Source: Vicugna vicugna | Taxonomy: Eukaryota | DNA: 64,000 nt | Assembly: GCA_013265495.1 (NCBI GenBank) | Contig: MU057560.1 | Span: 320,753-384,752 of the forward strand | Direction of reading: 5' to 3' | In this document: piece by piece, positions 1 to 12,415 of the stretch | How positions within the stretch are numbered: the stretch's first letter is position 1 | Layout: every line of letters starts with the position of its first letter | The notes under the pieces: model-generated | The model's database searches: none | What the model was told of the DNA's origin: nothing | What the model saw: only the letters and a program-made list of their open reading frames with translations | Made by a program: the position numbers and the translations under genes

Positions 1-129
1 TATTATTTAATTATTGTATTCTAGGGGAGTAATTAGGTTTATTTATGTTAGAGGAGGTACTAGGTGTTGAACCCAGGACCTCACGCATGCTAAGCATGCA
101 CTCTGCCACTCGAGCTATACCCTCCCCCG
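1..129 (-). mobile_element. tRNA-Ala-derived SINE (camelid vic-1-like), copy 1, tail truncated by the window edge
   Basis: Reverse complement reads GGGGAGGGTATAGCTCGAGTGGCAGAGTGCATGCTTAGCATGCGTGAGGTCCTGGGTTCAAC..., a tRNA-Ala(AGC)-like head with A/B boxes, followed by an AT-rich tail. Confidence 0.85.
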
Positions 130-137
130 GAAATATT

Positions 138-310
138 TTTTTATATATTTTTTTTATATTTTACTTATTTATTTGTTATTATATTATTTAATTATTGTAT
201 TCTAGGGGAGTAATTAGGTTTATTTATGTTAGAGGAGGTACTAGGTGTTGAACCCAGGACCTCACGCATGCTAAGCATGCACTCTGCCACTCGAGCTATA
301 CCCTCCCCCG
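138..310 (-). mobile_element. tRNA-Ala-derived SINE (vic-1-like), copy 2
   Basis: 182-318 is identical to 1-137, preceded on + by a T-rich tail (138-200). Confidence 0.85.
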
Positions 311-339
311 GAAATATTATTTTCTCAAGTATTTCTTAG

Positions 340-735
340 GTATATTAGTTTTCTAGAACTGCCACAATGAAATACCACAAACTGGGTGGCTGAAAAGAAC
401 AGAAATTCACTATTTCACGTACCTGGAGGGCAGCAGTCCGAGGCCAGGTTGCCTGCAGGAGCATGCTCACTCTGAGGACTCAAGGGGAGGATGCATTTTT
501 CTAGCTTCTAATCGTTTGCTTTGTGGCAACACAGCTCCAGTCTGATGCACATCTGTATCCAAGTCTCCCCTTTCTATGAGGACGCAGGTCATACTGGATT
601 AAGGGTTCATCTACTTCAGTATGACCTCATATTAACTAATTGTCCCTGCAGTCGCCTTATTTCCAAGTAAGATTTCACTTGGAGGTTCCGAGGGTCAGGA
701 CTTAGATGTATGCATATTTTGTAGGGGACACCCAC
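340..735 (-). mobile_element. MaLR LTR (MLT1 family) solo LTR
   Basis: + strand begins gtatattagttttctagaactgccacaatgaaataccacaaactgggtggctgaaaag, the reverse complement of the typical MLT1 3' end; it also contains ggtcatactggattaagggt...gacctcat and ends near gtaggggacac. Confidence 0.75.
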
Positions 736-2124
736 AACTGGAGGCTTTGGGACTATTTCCTTCTGGTAATTTCCATGTGTCAGTGATCGCAGTCAAAACA
801 TTGATAGATGTGAATGCAGTTCCTGAGCCTGAAGATGATGTGTTTTAGTTACTGGTCTCTGAGCTCCACCCACCCGTTGTCTCATAGCTAAACAGTCATT
901 GCCTTGGGCCATCTGAAGCAGCAGATTTTGTAGGGAAACCTTCCATTTTTTTCTTCAGTGTATTCCATTTCTGGGTGCAGATTAGCTAGATTTAACATAA
1001 ATTTCTCCCTCTCTCCTATTCAGTTTTGCTGAAAGTCATCCAGAATTAGCCAATACACAGAACTGTTAGGACACAGGCTTTTTGCTTTTTATTGCTTTGT
1101 GTTCCCTGCACATGTTCCACTTTTGGATTCAGGCGTTACCCATAGATCCTCATTCCAGGAGGCATTCGGAAGAAAAAGAAAAAGGGGAAACATATCCTTT
1201 CCCTTAAAGGATGTGACTCTAAAGTCAGGCAGGTTGCTTTCATTCTCATTGGATGGGTTACAGCTGAGTCATATGATCACACCTGATAGTAAGATGGTGG
1301 GGAAATGTGGCCCTTCCCAAGGGGACTAAGAGCCCAAATAAAAATCACTCCACCAGGCGAGAAAGAGAGAATAGGTTTTAGGGTATAATTAGCAGCCTGT
1401 GTCACAAATATACATTATAAAGTAAGACTTCAAATCCTTGCTAAAATAAAACAAATTAAAGGAAAAGGGGGCTGATGGAGCAATGGAATGCCATGGAGCC
1501 GATGGACAATCTGGGCTTAAATCTGAACTCTGTCCCCAAGTGTGTCACCTTGGATGAATATTTCCTTTTTTGGTGTTTCCTCATCTGAATTATAAAGGCT
1601 TGGACTAGAAAAGCATTTTCCAAATATAGTTCTATCGGATAGAAAATCTTAGAGAGAGTAATGGCTATATTGGGACAAAAAGTTTTATACACAAAGTTAG
1701 AAAGTGACTCACACTGTATTCAGTGATCCACAATAATAATAATACAATAATAACACTATATCAGTGATTTGCAATACGGATTCTGATAATCTTTCTGTAA
1801 ATAGCTTTTAGCCCATTGTATCTTTATGTGTGCGTGTGTCACAGAATAATTCTTTACTCAGTCGTCTGCTAGCCTCATGTGAAACTCAGTGTGGGGGACA
1901 TCAAACTAAATGGCTTGTAAAGTTTCTTCCTGCTCTAAGAGTCTGCGATATTGAAGTACAACACGAAGCTTTTACCACCTTCAACATCTATTCAATTATT
2001 TACTTGATCTATTTATAGCGTCCCATACCTGAAACTGAGTTAAGGAACCTCACAACAAAAGACTGATAATCTGTGTATCAACAACAGACACTGAAATAGA
2101 AAAGCAAGACTAATTTATATCTTT

Positions 2125-2350
2125 AAATTTTTTTATTGACGTATAGTTGACTTACAACGCTGTGTTAGTTTCATGTGCACAGCAAAGTGATTCAGTTATA
2201 CATACATATATATACATACTTGCATATTGTATATTCTTTTTCGTATTATTTTCCATTACTATTTAGTAGAAGATATTGCATATAGTTCCCTGTGCTACAC
2301 AGTAGGACCTTGTTGTTTATTTTATATACAGTAGTGTATATACTACACAT
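2125..2350 (-). mobile_element. L1 3' UTR fragment (cetartiodactyl type)
   Basis: tttttattgacgtatagttgacttacaac...cagcaaagtgattcagttatacat...atatagttccctgtgctacacagtaggaccttgttgttta matches the reversed L1 3' terminus also seen at 33 kb and 37 kb. Confidence 0.8.
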
Positions 2351-4429
2351 GTTAATCTCAAAAGGAGAAAGCTAATTTATATCTTAACATGAATTAAAAT
2401 GTCAAATTTGTTAGCCAGTTGGCTAGTTAAGTACTTAAGCTCTGGGGAAATTGAGCTATTTGAGTTTGGAGGGAAAGGCTTAAGTCACATGGGACCTGTC
2501 ACCATCGGGCGGAGACGGGGTTGGGGGGAGGGTGGTTAGAGGGAATTGGCGTAGGAGCCCCCCAGGCAGACGGACAGGGAGCATGCAGCCCTGCAGGGCA
2601 GGCCAGGCAGGAGGGACAGCCGACTTCCAGCCTCCTCAACAGTTTTGCTTAGGGATGGCTTTGTGTGTGTGTGTAAATCATTCAGATAATTGCTGTAATT
2701 CTGTGCTTAGCTTGGCTGCTACGGCCCTTGGTTCATGAATATTCATAAGATCTACCCACACTCCATTCTTACTTAGATTTTCCTAGACAGCTTTCATGCT
2801 GAGGGTGCCAGCATGTTTGTGCTGGGGATGGTGCGATGGTAGTAAGTTCTTGCCTGGGTGGAAACTTCCCTGTGCCCACCCATCCATGTGATGACAGAGA
2901 AAAAAAAAAACACTCGTGCAGAAGCTGGCCTTGCTTCCTGGTAGGTTTTGGTCTAACACGTTGATTCTTTCACTCATAGCTCACCAAGCACTGTACGAGG
3001 TGCTGGGGCTCAGGCACAGAAGAAGAGTGAGTACCAGTCCCAAAAAGGGTGTGTGATCTGACCACCAGGATACACTCACGAAGAAACCATCACAGAATAA
3101 TGGCAGCCGCTAAAGGAGACTGAGCTCAAAATGCTGTGACTCTGAGGAGTTTAGAGGAAGTACACAAAGTCAAAATTGGGCACGGGTGAAATCAAGATTA
3201 ATGAGGCGTTGCTTCTCACAGGATTCAAATCCCAGAGTTGAGGCTTAAAATTACGTCCCATAACCAATATATGCTCATTGCTGAAAATAAATGTAATAAA
3301 ATGGAGAAAAGAGTCACTTGGAAATTTTCACCCAGTTTGTTGTCTGTACTTGAAGACTTTCCCTGTGTGTATTTCTCTTTAGCAAGAACAACAAACATCA
3401 TGAGCTGTGTAGAAGTTTATAACCTACTTTTTTCAACTCAGCAAGTATTTGAACTAAATTTTGAAGAATGAGTAACAAGTCCCCAGGTAAATGAGGTTGA
3501 AGAAGGTGGTTTAGGCTGAGAAAGTACCAGGAACGGGTGGTACTTTCCACAGAAGGGTGTGCCTCATAGGTCTTAGGTCTGAACGAAGCCCAGAGCCTTA
3601 GATGAGGATGACCCTGGGCAGGAGCTGGGGCCAGACAGTGCAGTGCTGTGCATCTCAAGGTCTGAGGAGCTGAGGCTTCATCCTGAAAGCAGGGGAAGTC
3701 ACTGAAGAGCAGCAGAGAGAGGCACATCAATTTGGAAAATCACTCAAAGGATGGACAGAAGCAGCGGGAGCAACAGAAGGCTTTTCACTGACCACAGCCA
3801 GGCTGGACCGGAGCCAGTCACATACAGAAACAAAGCATGTGTAATAACGTTACAGTTGAGATACAAGGACATTCTAGGTATGGCTTCTCCTCCATCTTCC
3901 CCAATAGATGAGACCTTAAAAGTTTTAGCATCCCATGATCTAGTACAGAGGTTCATTTCATTTGGTGCTTAAATCCCAGGACTGGAAAGCAAACCAGTTA
4001 AAATTTGCTCATCCATCCAAGCCACAACTCAACTCATTCTAAAAGGACCTTGTTGACCACAGGACCTCATTTTTGTTGGAACACTCCAGTGCTACTGCTC
4101 CTACATTTACTGGGAAAACTGCATTTAGTTAAAAAATACATTTAGATCCATCTAGTAAATATGTAGATGCAGCTGAACTAGTTGCTGGAGACGATTCTTA
4201 TATAAATATACGAGGATATACATTTGGACTACAATGAACTTTTATGAAAAGATACAGCAAACTTGGGATTATCTCTGGGGTCAGAGTGGTTGTAGGGAAG
4301 AGCTGAGATAATTTCTGCATTATTTTATATATTCTCTACTGTTGGATAAAGAATATATATGTAATTTTATGATAGAACAGTAACATCTTCAAGTTTTCTT
4401 TTTTACCTGGAAAAGGTGCATTTGGAATG

Positions 4430-4960
4430 AAAGGAATTTAGAAGGAAAAGCGTATAGGACGTAGTACCTGATCGGGCATGTCAGGGAGGAAAGGAAGCAG
4501 CACACGGGTGACTCTTTGGTTTCTGGCCCCCATCAGGGCACCGTTTACAGTGGGGAGCACGAAAACAGGACAAGGAAACAGCGAGAACCCAAGACACACT
4601 TGAAGTGTCTTCCGATACTTGAGTTTAAGATGCTAAGAAGTTAGAGAGTCTCTTCAGCTGGATTTCAGAGGAAAAATTACGTTGGGAATTCCAATTTCAG
4701 AGCCATCTGACCATATATGCTCATTGCTGCCCTGGGGAAGGAAATAATCATTTCAAGAGTAGGGAGCAGGAAGTAGAGAGAACCCAGGATTGCGTCTTGG
4801 GAACACTAATATTTACAGGGAAAATAAAGAGCAATCAGTGGTCAAAGGGAAAGAAAAAAAAAAAAGGTTGAGACCAAGGAGCCACAAATTCGACAAGGGA
4901 GTGCTTCTCAAAGATGAATGATTGGTTCAGCTGAATCTTGGGATCTGTCTTTCCTTAGGA
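4430..4960 (-). mobile_element. Degraded L2 fragment
   Basis: Purine-rich reversed-L2-like motifs (ctggatttcagagga, gggaacactaatatttacaggg); heavily diverged and boundaries are approximate. Confidence 0.4.
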
Positions 4961-5923
4961 AGGCACTGTGCACACGCTTGTCAGGGAGCTGAGTGGACTT
5001 GCAGGTGAGGAGACTTCCTGAGAAAGGCAACTGCCGAGCATGCCAGCTCGAGCCCGACTTGCAAAGAGTTAGTCAGAAAACGAGAGACCACCCAAAGTCT
5101 CTAAGTAGTTTTTGTCTTGGTTCTAAAATACACTTGTCTGGGTTTGGGTTCCACAGGGAGACAGAGTGAGCACGTTGGATGAAAACACAAGAGGTGCTTC
5201 TTTAAAAACTGTTGGTATTGTCTAGACACAATTCAGGGGCTCTCAGAACACCTGTAGAGCAGACTGTAACACAGAAACAAAGAGAACCATCTTCTTGCTT
5301 CACCTCGGACTCTTCCTCCTGAGCCAGACCAGGGTGGCAATGGAGAGCCTCGAGAAAGGGAAACTCACTCTCAGGGAAGTGTAGTTATCAAGCAGGAGTG
5401 GGAATTCCCAACAGAACTGAATCCAGGGCCCAGAAGAGTGGGTCACGTCCGTGTGCAGCAAAGGAATAAAGAGGAATTTGCAGTGATCAGCACATGGCGC
5501 CCGGGGCATGAACTGCAGAGCAGAAGGGCCGGGAAGTTGCTAATGCTGCTTAGTGGGAAGTTGGACACGTGCATGAGAAATACGCCTTCATCCGGAAAAG
5601 CCTAGGGCTAGAGGGCTGTGGAAGGGCTCCTGCATGAAAAGTTTGGGGAAATGGTGGTAAAATTGCTAATTTTTCACATACAGAACAATTTTTGTGTGTA
5701 TTAAGTTGATTTAAACTAAAGGACTTAAGCTAATTATTTTTGAACAAAATCCACTTACGAAGATGTTCCCGTAGCCCAAGGCACTACAGGCTCCAATTTG
5801 TAATATCAGTAACACACACCACTCTTTCTAAGAAAAGATGAGACCATAAGGCTCAAAATTTTTGCTAAGCACACAAACGACCACAACAGGCCATGAAAGC
5901 TGAAGGCATCAAGGCTATAAATT

Positions 5924-6118
5924 CAGGGTTGTCAAATGGTACGCACAGGTCAAGCTGGCCCAGTGTCTGCTTTTGTAAATAAAGTTTTATTGCAATGAAG
6001 ACACCTTTGTTAATTCATGTGTTGTCTACGACTGATTTCCAGCTACAATTGACCAGTTGTGACATGGACCATATAACCTCAAAGACTAAAAAATTCACTT
6101 TCTGGCCCATGACAGACT
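5924..6118 (+). mobile_element. hAT-Charlie MITE, MER58A-like
   Basis: cagggttgtcaaa...ctgcttttgtaaataaagttttattg...aaagactaaaaaattcactttctggccc follows the MER58A layout. Confidence 0.7.
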
Positions 6119-6569
6119 TCTTTACTGTAAAGATAAGAAGCACCCTTTAAACAGGCTGTTAGGTGTTTATTTACAATTTAGTAACCACATTTTGCTAGAA
6201 AGACCAGGCTAACCTCCAAAATCCCAGAAGCTGCTGCCTCCCCAGGCTTTACACGTGCTGAACTCCATACTCACACCATCTCTATGGCACAGCTTTTGCC
6301 CTTGTGACGAAGAGTGTCTTCTAATCTACAGGGCATCCCCACCCCCATTCCGCATGCTGACAAAGCATGAATATCCAGGCAGTTGTTCCCTTTAGAGCCA
6401 CTCATTGCCAAAGAGAATGTCGATGACTCTTTGGGAAACCTTTTAGTACAATACAGCGGCCCTGGTCTTTAATCGATTTCATGCAGCGAGCTTTTCCGAG
6501 GTCTGTTTCCCTCCCTGTGAATGGACTTCCCCACTGGGCATCGAATTTCACAGAACTACCATACGAGAG

Positions 6570-6745
6570 TAGTGTATCAGTGGAGAAAAAAAGAAAAAGA
6601 AGTGCTTGTTAAAAATTCATATCTCTGGGACCTACCCCAGATCTGCTAAACTTTTTGGAGGAAGCCAGAAAATCTGACAGAGGGGGCCCCCAAAACCTTG
6701 CGATTCTGGTGTAGATCTCTAATCCATATTTTGAGAAACACTGAT
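6570..6745. mobile_element. MER5-type hAT MITE remnant
   Basis: gcttgttaaaaattcatatctctgggacctaccccaga...tattttgagaaacactg resembles MER5A/B. Confidence 0.55.
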
Positions 6746-9029
6746 CCACAGAATTATTTTCAGCCATAATGTTTCACAGCTCTGTGAACATTTGGCTTGC
6801 TTTACTTCCCATTTCTCAAATCATTCTCTGTGCGTCTAGTTCTCTGTCTTTCAAAGCTGGAGACTATTCAAGCCATGTGAGATTCAGTGTTGAAAAGGGT
6901 TTGCACCAGTTGAAATTTGTGTTATTATATTTGTTTCATGCATTTAATTCCTGTTGAGACTTTAAGCACGGGCAGCTGGACCCCTATTCCAGGTGCCATG
7001 CTTCACAAATTGCTGACATCTTTCCTCTCTGTTAGACACCAGAGCCCAGCTGCACCGGCGCCGACAAACCTGCCACCTACATGAGCCTCTCGTTTGCCTG
7101 GGTGACCACCGCCGAAGATGCGAAAGCATGAATTTGGAATGGAATTTGCTGTCCGGGGCTCCTGGCAAGCATTCTTTGTAGCCTGGCTAGCTGAAGTATA
7201 CAAGTAGTGGTTTCTTCTAGATTAGACAGATTTAAGTATTCGAACTATTTCCTGGGAGAGAGAAGAGGCAACATAAAAGCTTAATGATTCATAAAAATTC
7301 CTGTCAGGAAAACACTGAGGTTTTGTATAAGCATGGATACTCCACCCCCACATAGCTTTGCTGACAGGGCTCTCACACAGTGTTTAATGCCCACCTCAGC
7401 GACTGCTGGCCCTAGAAAATGTTCTATAGCATCTGCCCTACTACTGAGTTTCCACAACTTTAAATTCTTTTGCTTTAGTACCTCTAACATTAATATAACC
7501 AAGATCGATTAACTGTATTTTAGTATATGGGATATTGGAGTCAACAGACAGGGACTTTGGAAATTAAGACATAATCCTTGTTTTCCAGGAGTTTGGGAGT
7601 ATAAACAAACACTTACAGAGGGAAGAACTGATTGTACTGTGTCCTGAGGGCAGGGCATACATTATCATCTTCCAACTGGATTGAAAGTCAGAGGTGAGGA
7701 AGCACCTGTGTCTTGGTATTTTTGTCTCCACCATGACCCTTGTCATCTCCCTCGTCAAGAACACGTACACAGCACACACCCTCTTGAGTTGGATCGGCTC
7801 TGCCCTTTTCCCCTAAGGGATCAGATAAGAGCCATACAGTTTGTTTCCCCATTAGGAAATTAGCTGTTTTAGGTGAGTCTTGTTTTTTTGTTTGTTTGTT
7901 TGTTTTTAATCATTTTTAGTGTTGAAAGTGTATTTTGCCACCTTGGAATTCAAGCTCAGCTCCAGGTAAAGGCAGGAAGGCGTGTTGGCTGGTTCCCTCC
8001 ACCACAGGGATATTCTCAGCTATCACACCACCTGTTAGGAACACCTACATCCCAGAATGTTCTACCCTCATGGGTATATATTTTTTCCTCTCTCTAATCT
8101 CCTCTTCTATAATCACTTGTCTTCTGACTAGTTTTTTTCAGAGCTCACTCAGTGAATCATAAGGGAATATAAGAAATTGGTGGTAAAAAAGTCGAATGAG
8201 AAAAGTATAGTGTTTTCACAATATAGATTTGCATTTTTACAGGAACTTTTGAAAACAAAAGATCTTTAGCAAGCAAATGTGAAAAAAATAAAAAAAAGAC
8301 AAATTTCAGGAAAGTAAGAAAGACATTTTCAGATAGTTATGTTTTTGATGCTGACTTTCATACCAGTCTCCCTGATCTTACTTGAGATTAGAATGCCTTA
8401 CCACCTAGTTTTGAAGGTAAAAGTCAGAATCTTTAAAATCAGTTTAATTTTTAAAAAAATGCCATAGCTTTTTTCATCCTGAGGACCTGGCTTATCCACA
8501 GTTTAGTATCTTATCCTCTAATAAAAATAAAGTAGTCTTGAAAGAGTTTAAATCTAACTTTTATAAATCAGATCATGTTTTTTTCCTTATCCGTTATTCA
8601 ATTTCTGAAATAAGTTTCCTCAGAAATAACTCTTGCTCCAAATACCCAATATTTTAAAACGTACTAAACATCACACACTATGCAATTTCTATAAATAATA
8701 ATACATAGTACACTTTTAATATGCAATAGATCCAATAAAAAGCATCTCATTCTCTTTGTTTCCACATCCTTATCTGGTGCCATTGGATGCTTTCAATTTT
8801 AGAACTGGAAGAGCCTCACTGAATTTCAGACAGCATCAAATGTTTATAGGTGAACAGCCCTGCATACTTAGATGCGACCGGGTTTCCAAAGAAAGCCCTG
8901 GGGTGGACTCTAGGTCTCCTGGCTCAGGGTCTAACTTTCTAGCTCGCAGAAGGGCAAGAAAACGATTTGAGTTGCCAGAGTCAGGCCTGAGCAAGGAGAC
9001 GGTACCAGACACTGTGCAAATTCAGGCAT

Positions 9030-9170
9030 GGGAAACAGACTTCCCAGACGCCAGGTGCGGGCTGGCGTTTATTAGCTTTATCACCTTAGAAGTGCCTTTG
9101 ACCCTCTCCTCCTCAGTTTCCTCCTCTGCACAGGAAAGCACTGCCGGGTTTGCAGGTGGGAGCTAATCCT
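9030..9170 (+). mobile_element. MIR SINE fragment
   Basis: MIR core-like accctctcctcctcagtttcctcctctgcacagg. Confidence 0.5.
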
Positions 9171-12124
9171 ATTACTGTCCTTACTATTCTCTGTATGAAT
9201 TGGTAGTTGCTGGACCCCATGGACATCGTTGCAGATCCTCTCTGAGAAGGCAAGGCTCTCGGCAGATGGCGTCCCGCTCATGCACACACATCCTGTTCAG
9301 GAGTAATGGTGGCAAGAGATGATCAGTCTCATTCTACAGATGGAGAAACCAGAGCTGTGCCTTTCCTCGTGGCCGTGCTGACTCAGCAGATTGTTAATGC
9401 CTGGGTCACTGCCTCCTGCCTTAAATCACACAGAGAGAGACAGAAGGGGAGAGCCCCGAACGGACCATGCCATTTCTTTACAACCGTCATGGAATTGCAC
9501 GCTCTTGGAAGTTCTGCAGACGGGATGCTTAATTCAATATTGCGTGAGAAATTTATATTCCTATATCGTACACCAAATCAAAACTAATTTTTGGAGGAAT
9601 GGTACCCCGGATCCTGGTAAAGACAGAGGAACCTCATTAAACACAAATTCAGTGCACTAGGGAACAGATAATGACATGTTCTTTAAATAGCAAGGCAGTT
9701 GGTTCAGAGAGTAAGAGAATCTCATCAAGAGCAAGCTTGTCTTTACCTAGAAGCAGATTCAAACCAAGTGTTGCACTGATCAAGCATATATAATTTTTCA
9801 TTTAGAAAAGGATGTTTGTTTTTACTGCCTTTTCTCTGCTCCCTGTGTGTTTGCATCGATTCTCTTCACAAGTGTCATGAGGCAGGTGGGCAGCGAGCGT
9901 CCTGCTCACCTGATGGACGAGAGGCTGGAGGAGCAGGGCGATCGGGGCTTGCTGCAAGGTCGTGAGCCACGTCAGTGTCGGGGCAAGACAACCTGCACGC
10001 CCCACCTCCGTGCTTTCGGTTTTCCCACAGACGGCAGCTCGAACCCTGACCTGCTCCCGAGAGAGGACCCGGCAGCGCTCCTGAGCGTGTCTGACACCTT
10101 GTGTCACTTGACAGGACTCTGCAGTGGTGGTCTGGCCCGTAGCATCACAGGCTGTCCGTGTCTGTGTTAGATTTCCTGCTCTACGTGCTCGTCAGGAGAT
10201 CAGAGCGATGGGGGTGCCATCTCACCTCTTCAGACTGCATTTTGAACTCTTGGTCCTCAAGATTTGAATGAGATGCAAGGGGCTCTGGCGGGTCCCTGAT
10301 GGGATGTTTCTGCATCATCAATCCCCAGCACGTCCTTCAGCAAAACCTCGGTGCTGCTCTCCTGAAGGGATGCCCACGTGAGACATTCAGGGGACTGAAT
10401 AATCACGGGTTCATAGTGCAAGTGGTCCCCGCCCCTGTCAGGAGCAAGTCTCCTATTTAGCCTATAAGGGGGCCATTGGCTTTGTATCGCTTTATAGCAC
10501 AGCTGGTCTGAAAGCACCGTGGCTTAATTTCAGAGCTTTTCTCGTCGCCTCCATTTACACAGACCTCAGCTGCCCAGATGGGAGCGTCACCCAAAAGGGA
10601 ACATGAACGTGAACATCCTCTGGGTTCCGGCTACAGGACTCTTTCTGTTAGATACACGCTCTGAGCGCTATCTTCATTTGTGTTTATTTCCTTATTTCCA
10701 AGGAATAATCAGTTTGAGACTCGTCAACACAATAAAACTCAAAGAGACAGCCAGAGGCAGATCCAATTCTGGGGAAATATAGAAAAGACCGATTATCATG
10801 AAAACCCTCAATTTGCATTTTGCTCTCCTGTAAGTCATCATACCAGGAAGCTAATGCAATCCCCTCAAAGAAGCTTTTTATATCTAATGACAAGACTTCG
10901 TGCCTCCAGGGTGGCGAGATTCTGTATTTTTCATCACTCATCTGAAATGCTCTCTCTCCTCTTCGCTGCTCTGCAGGCTCACGAGGAGGGGAGAACCATT
11001 TCCAGGGGAAGTGACCCGGTCATGCCGTCGGCCCGGCAGAGAGATCCACCCGGGGTGTTCCCTGATTTCTCGTGGCAGGAAATGCGCTTGGACACGTGTC
11101 CGGGATGTGAGTCCAGGTGATGGAGAGGGCCCTCGAGGATGCCCTCGACCCTGCTCCTGGACCCTGGCACGGCTGCCTCCCTAGGACCCTGGGACATGGG
11201 GCTGCACGCCAGGCATGTGTGCGCCATGCCTTCCCAGCCGGCTGTTTAATCATCTTGATATTAAAAATGGGTTCTGAAAAGCATCCCTGAAGTACTTGGG
11301 GCTGCACACAGCGCTCTCCCTGCTTTGAAGACAGTCGCATTATTTCTGTCTCCAGTCTCCCCACACAGCCCAGCAAACAGGCGGGGACCGCGGCAGCTCC
11401 AGACGCGGGCAGACGACTCACAGCTGCGTGGTTAATTATGGCTCTCCCCCTCTTTCTCCTTCTCTCTTTCAGACCTCAGCTTTAGAAATAAAAGATAAGA
11501 AATTCTTTAAAGTAATTAGAGCCCTCTGAGTGCTTACGGTCTAACGAAGGGAAACATTCTGACTGATTTACAGCAGGAGGAGGCAGCGGGAGAAGCTTTG
11601 CCAGTGGAAAAAATAGTAATTAACATCAGCTTTGCCACTATCTTGACTGAGCTGCCAGTCAGCCTCAGAGAGAAAGGAAATGCTGATGAAATATTAATAG
11701 GCTGGCTTGGAGTTTACGGAACAGCCTTTGTTCCCAGGTACCGTTCCGGTTCGCCAGTCAAAAGGGTCAGGTGTGAGGGATGCAGGAGCCCGGGGGCCCC
11801 ACGAAGGGCTGACGGGCGTCAGGCCGGACAAGATGGAGAGTCCCCCCCCCGACAGCCCTCAGCCCCCTACCGTGAGGAGCAGCGCCGCCCCTTCCCTTCT
11901 CAGCCTTTTCCCCCTCGGCTGACAGACGCCGAACGTCGGCAACCGTCACGACATGATCAGAGCTGGCTCTGCAACACCTGTAAGTGGCTTCGAAGGCGGC
12001 AGCTGCCAGACAGCTTCAGCCTCAGGGAGATCCTGTCGGGTAGGTCGCCTCCAGACGAGACGGAGCCCACCCACCCCGTGCTTTCTGGTTCGTCTATTCA
12101 GAGATGGCACGGCTCGGGGGCCCC

Positions 12125-12415
12125 GTGTGTGTGCACACGTGCGAGCTGTGTGGGCATGTGTGTGTGCTCTACATGAGCTTTGTGTGTGAGGGCACATGTG
12201 TGTGGATGTGCTGGTGAATTGTATTTGTGCACTGTATGTGTTGTGGTGTGTGTGCACTTGTGTGTGTGTGTGCACTGTGTGAGCCATGTGAGTGCACACT
12301 TATCTGTGTGCACACTGAATTATGTGTGTTCTATATGAGTTGTGTGTGTGAGGGCAAGTGTGTGTGCCTGTGTGCGCTGCGTGTGTGAGGCACGTGCGTG
12401 TGTGGGCCCGTGTGA
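12125..12415. repeat. Degenerate (TG)n-rich low-complexity tract
   Basis: About 290 bp of interrupted TG runs interspersed with gcac/gag motifs. Confidence 0.9.

Noticed and set aside
55..129. tRNA-Ala gene
   Set aside because: The tRNA-like sequence is the head of a tailed, multi-copy SINE with mutations, not a functional tRNA.
9918..9992. Possible minus-strand exon ending in CAG|GTGAGC at about 9909
   Set aside because: Weak acceptor and no recognisable translation in any frame; it cannot be supported without transcript data.
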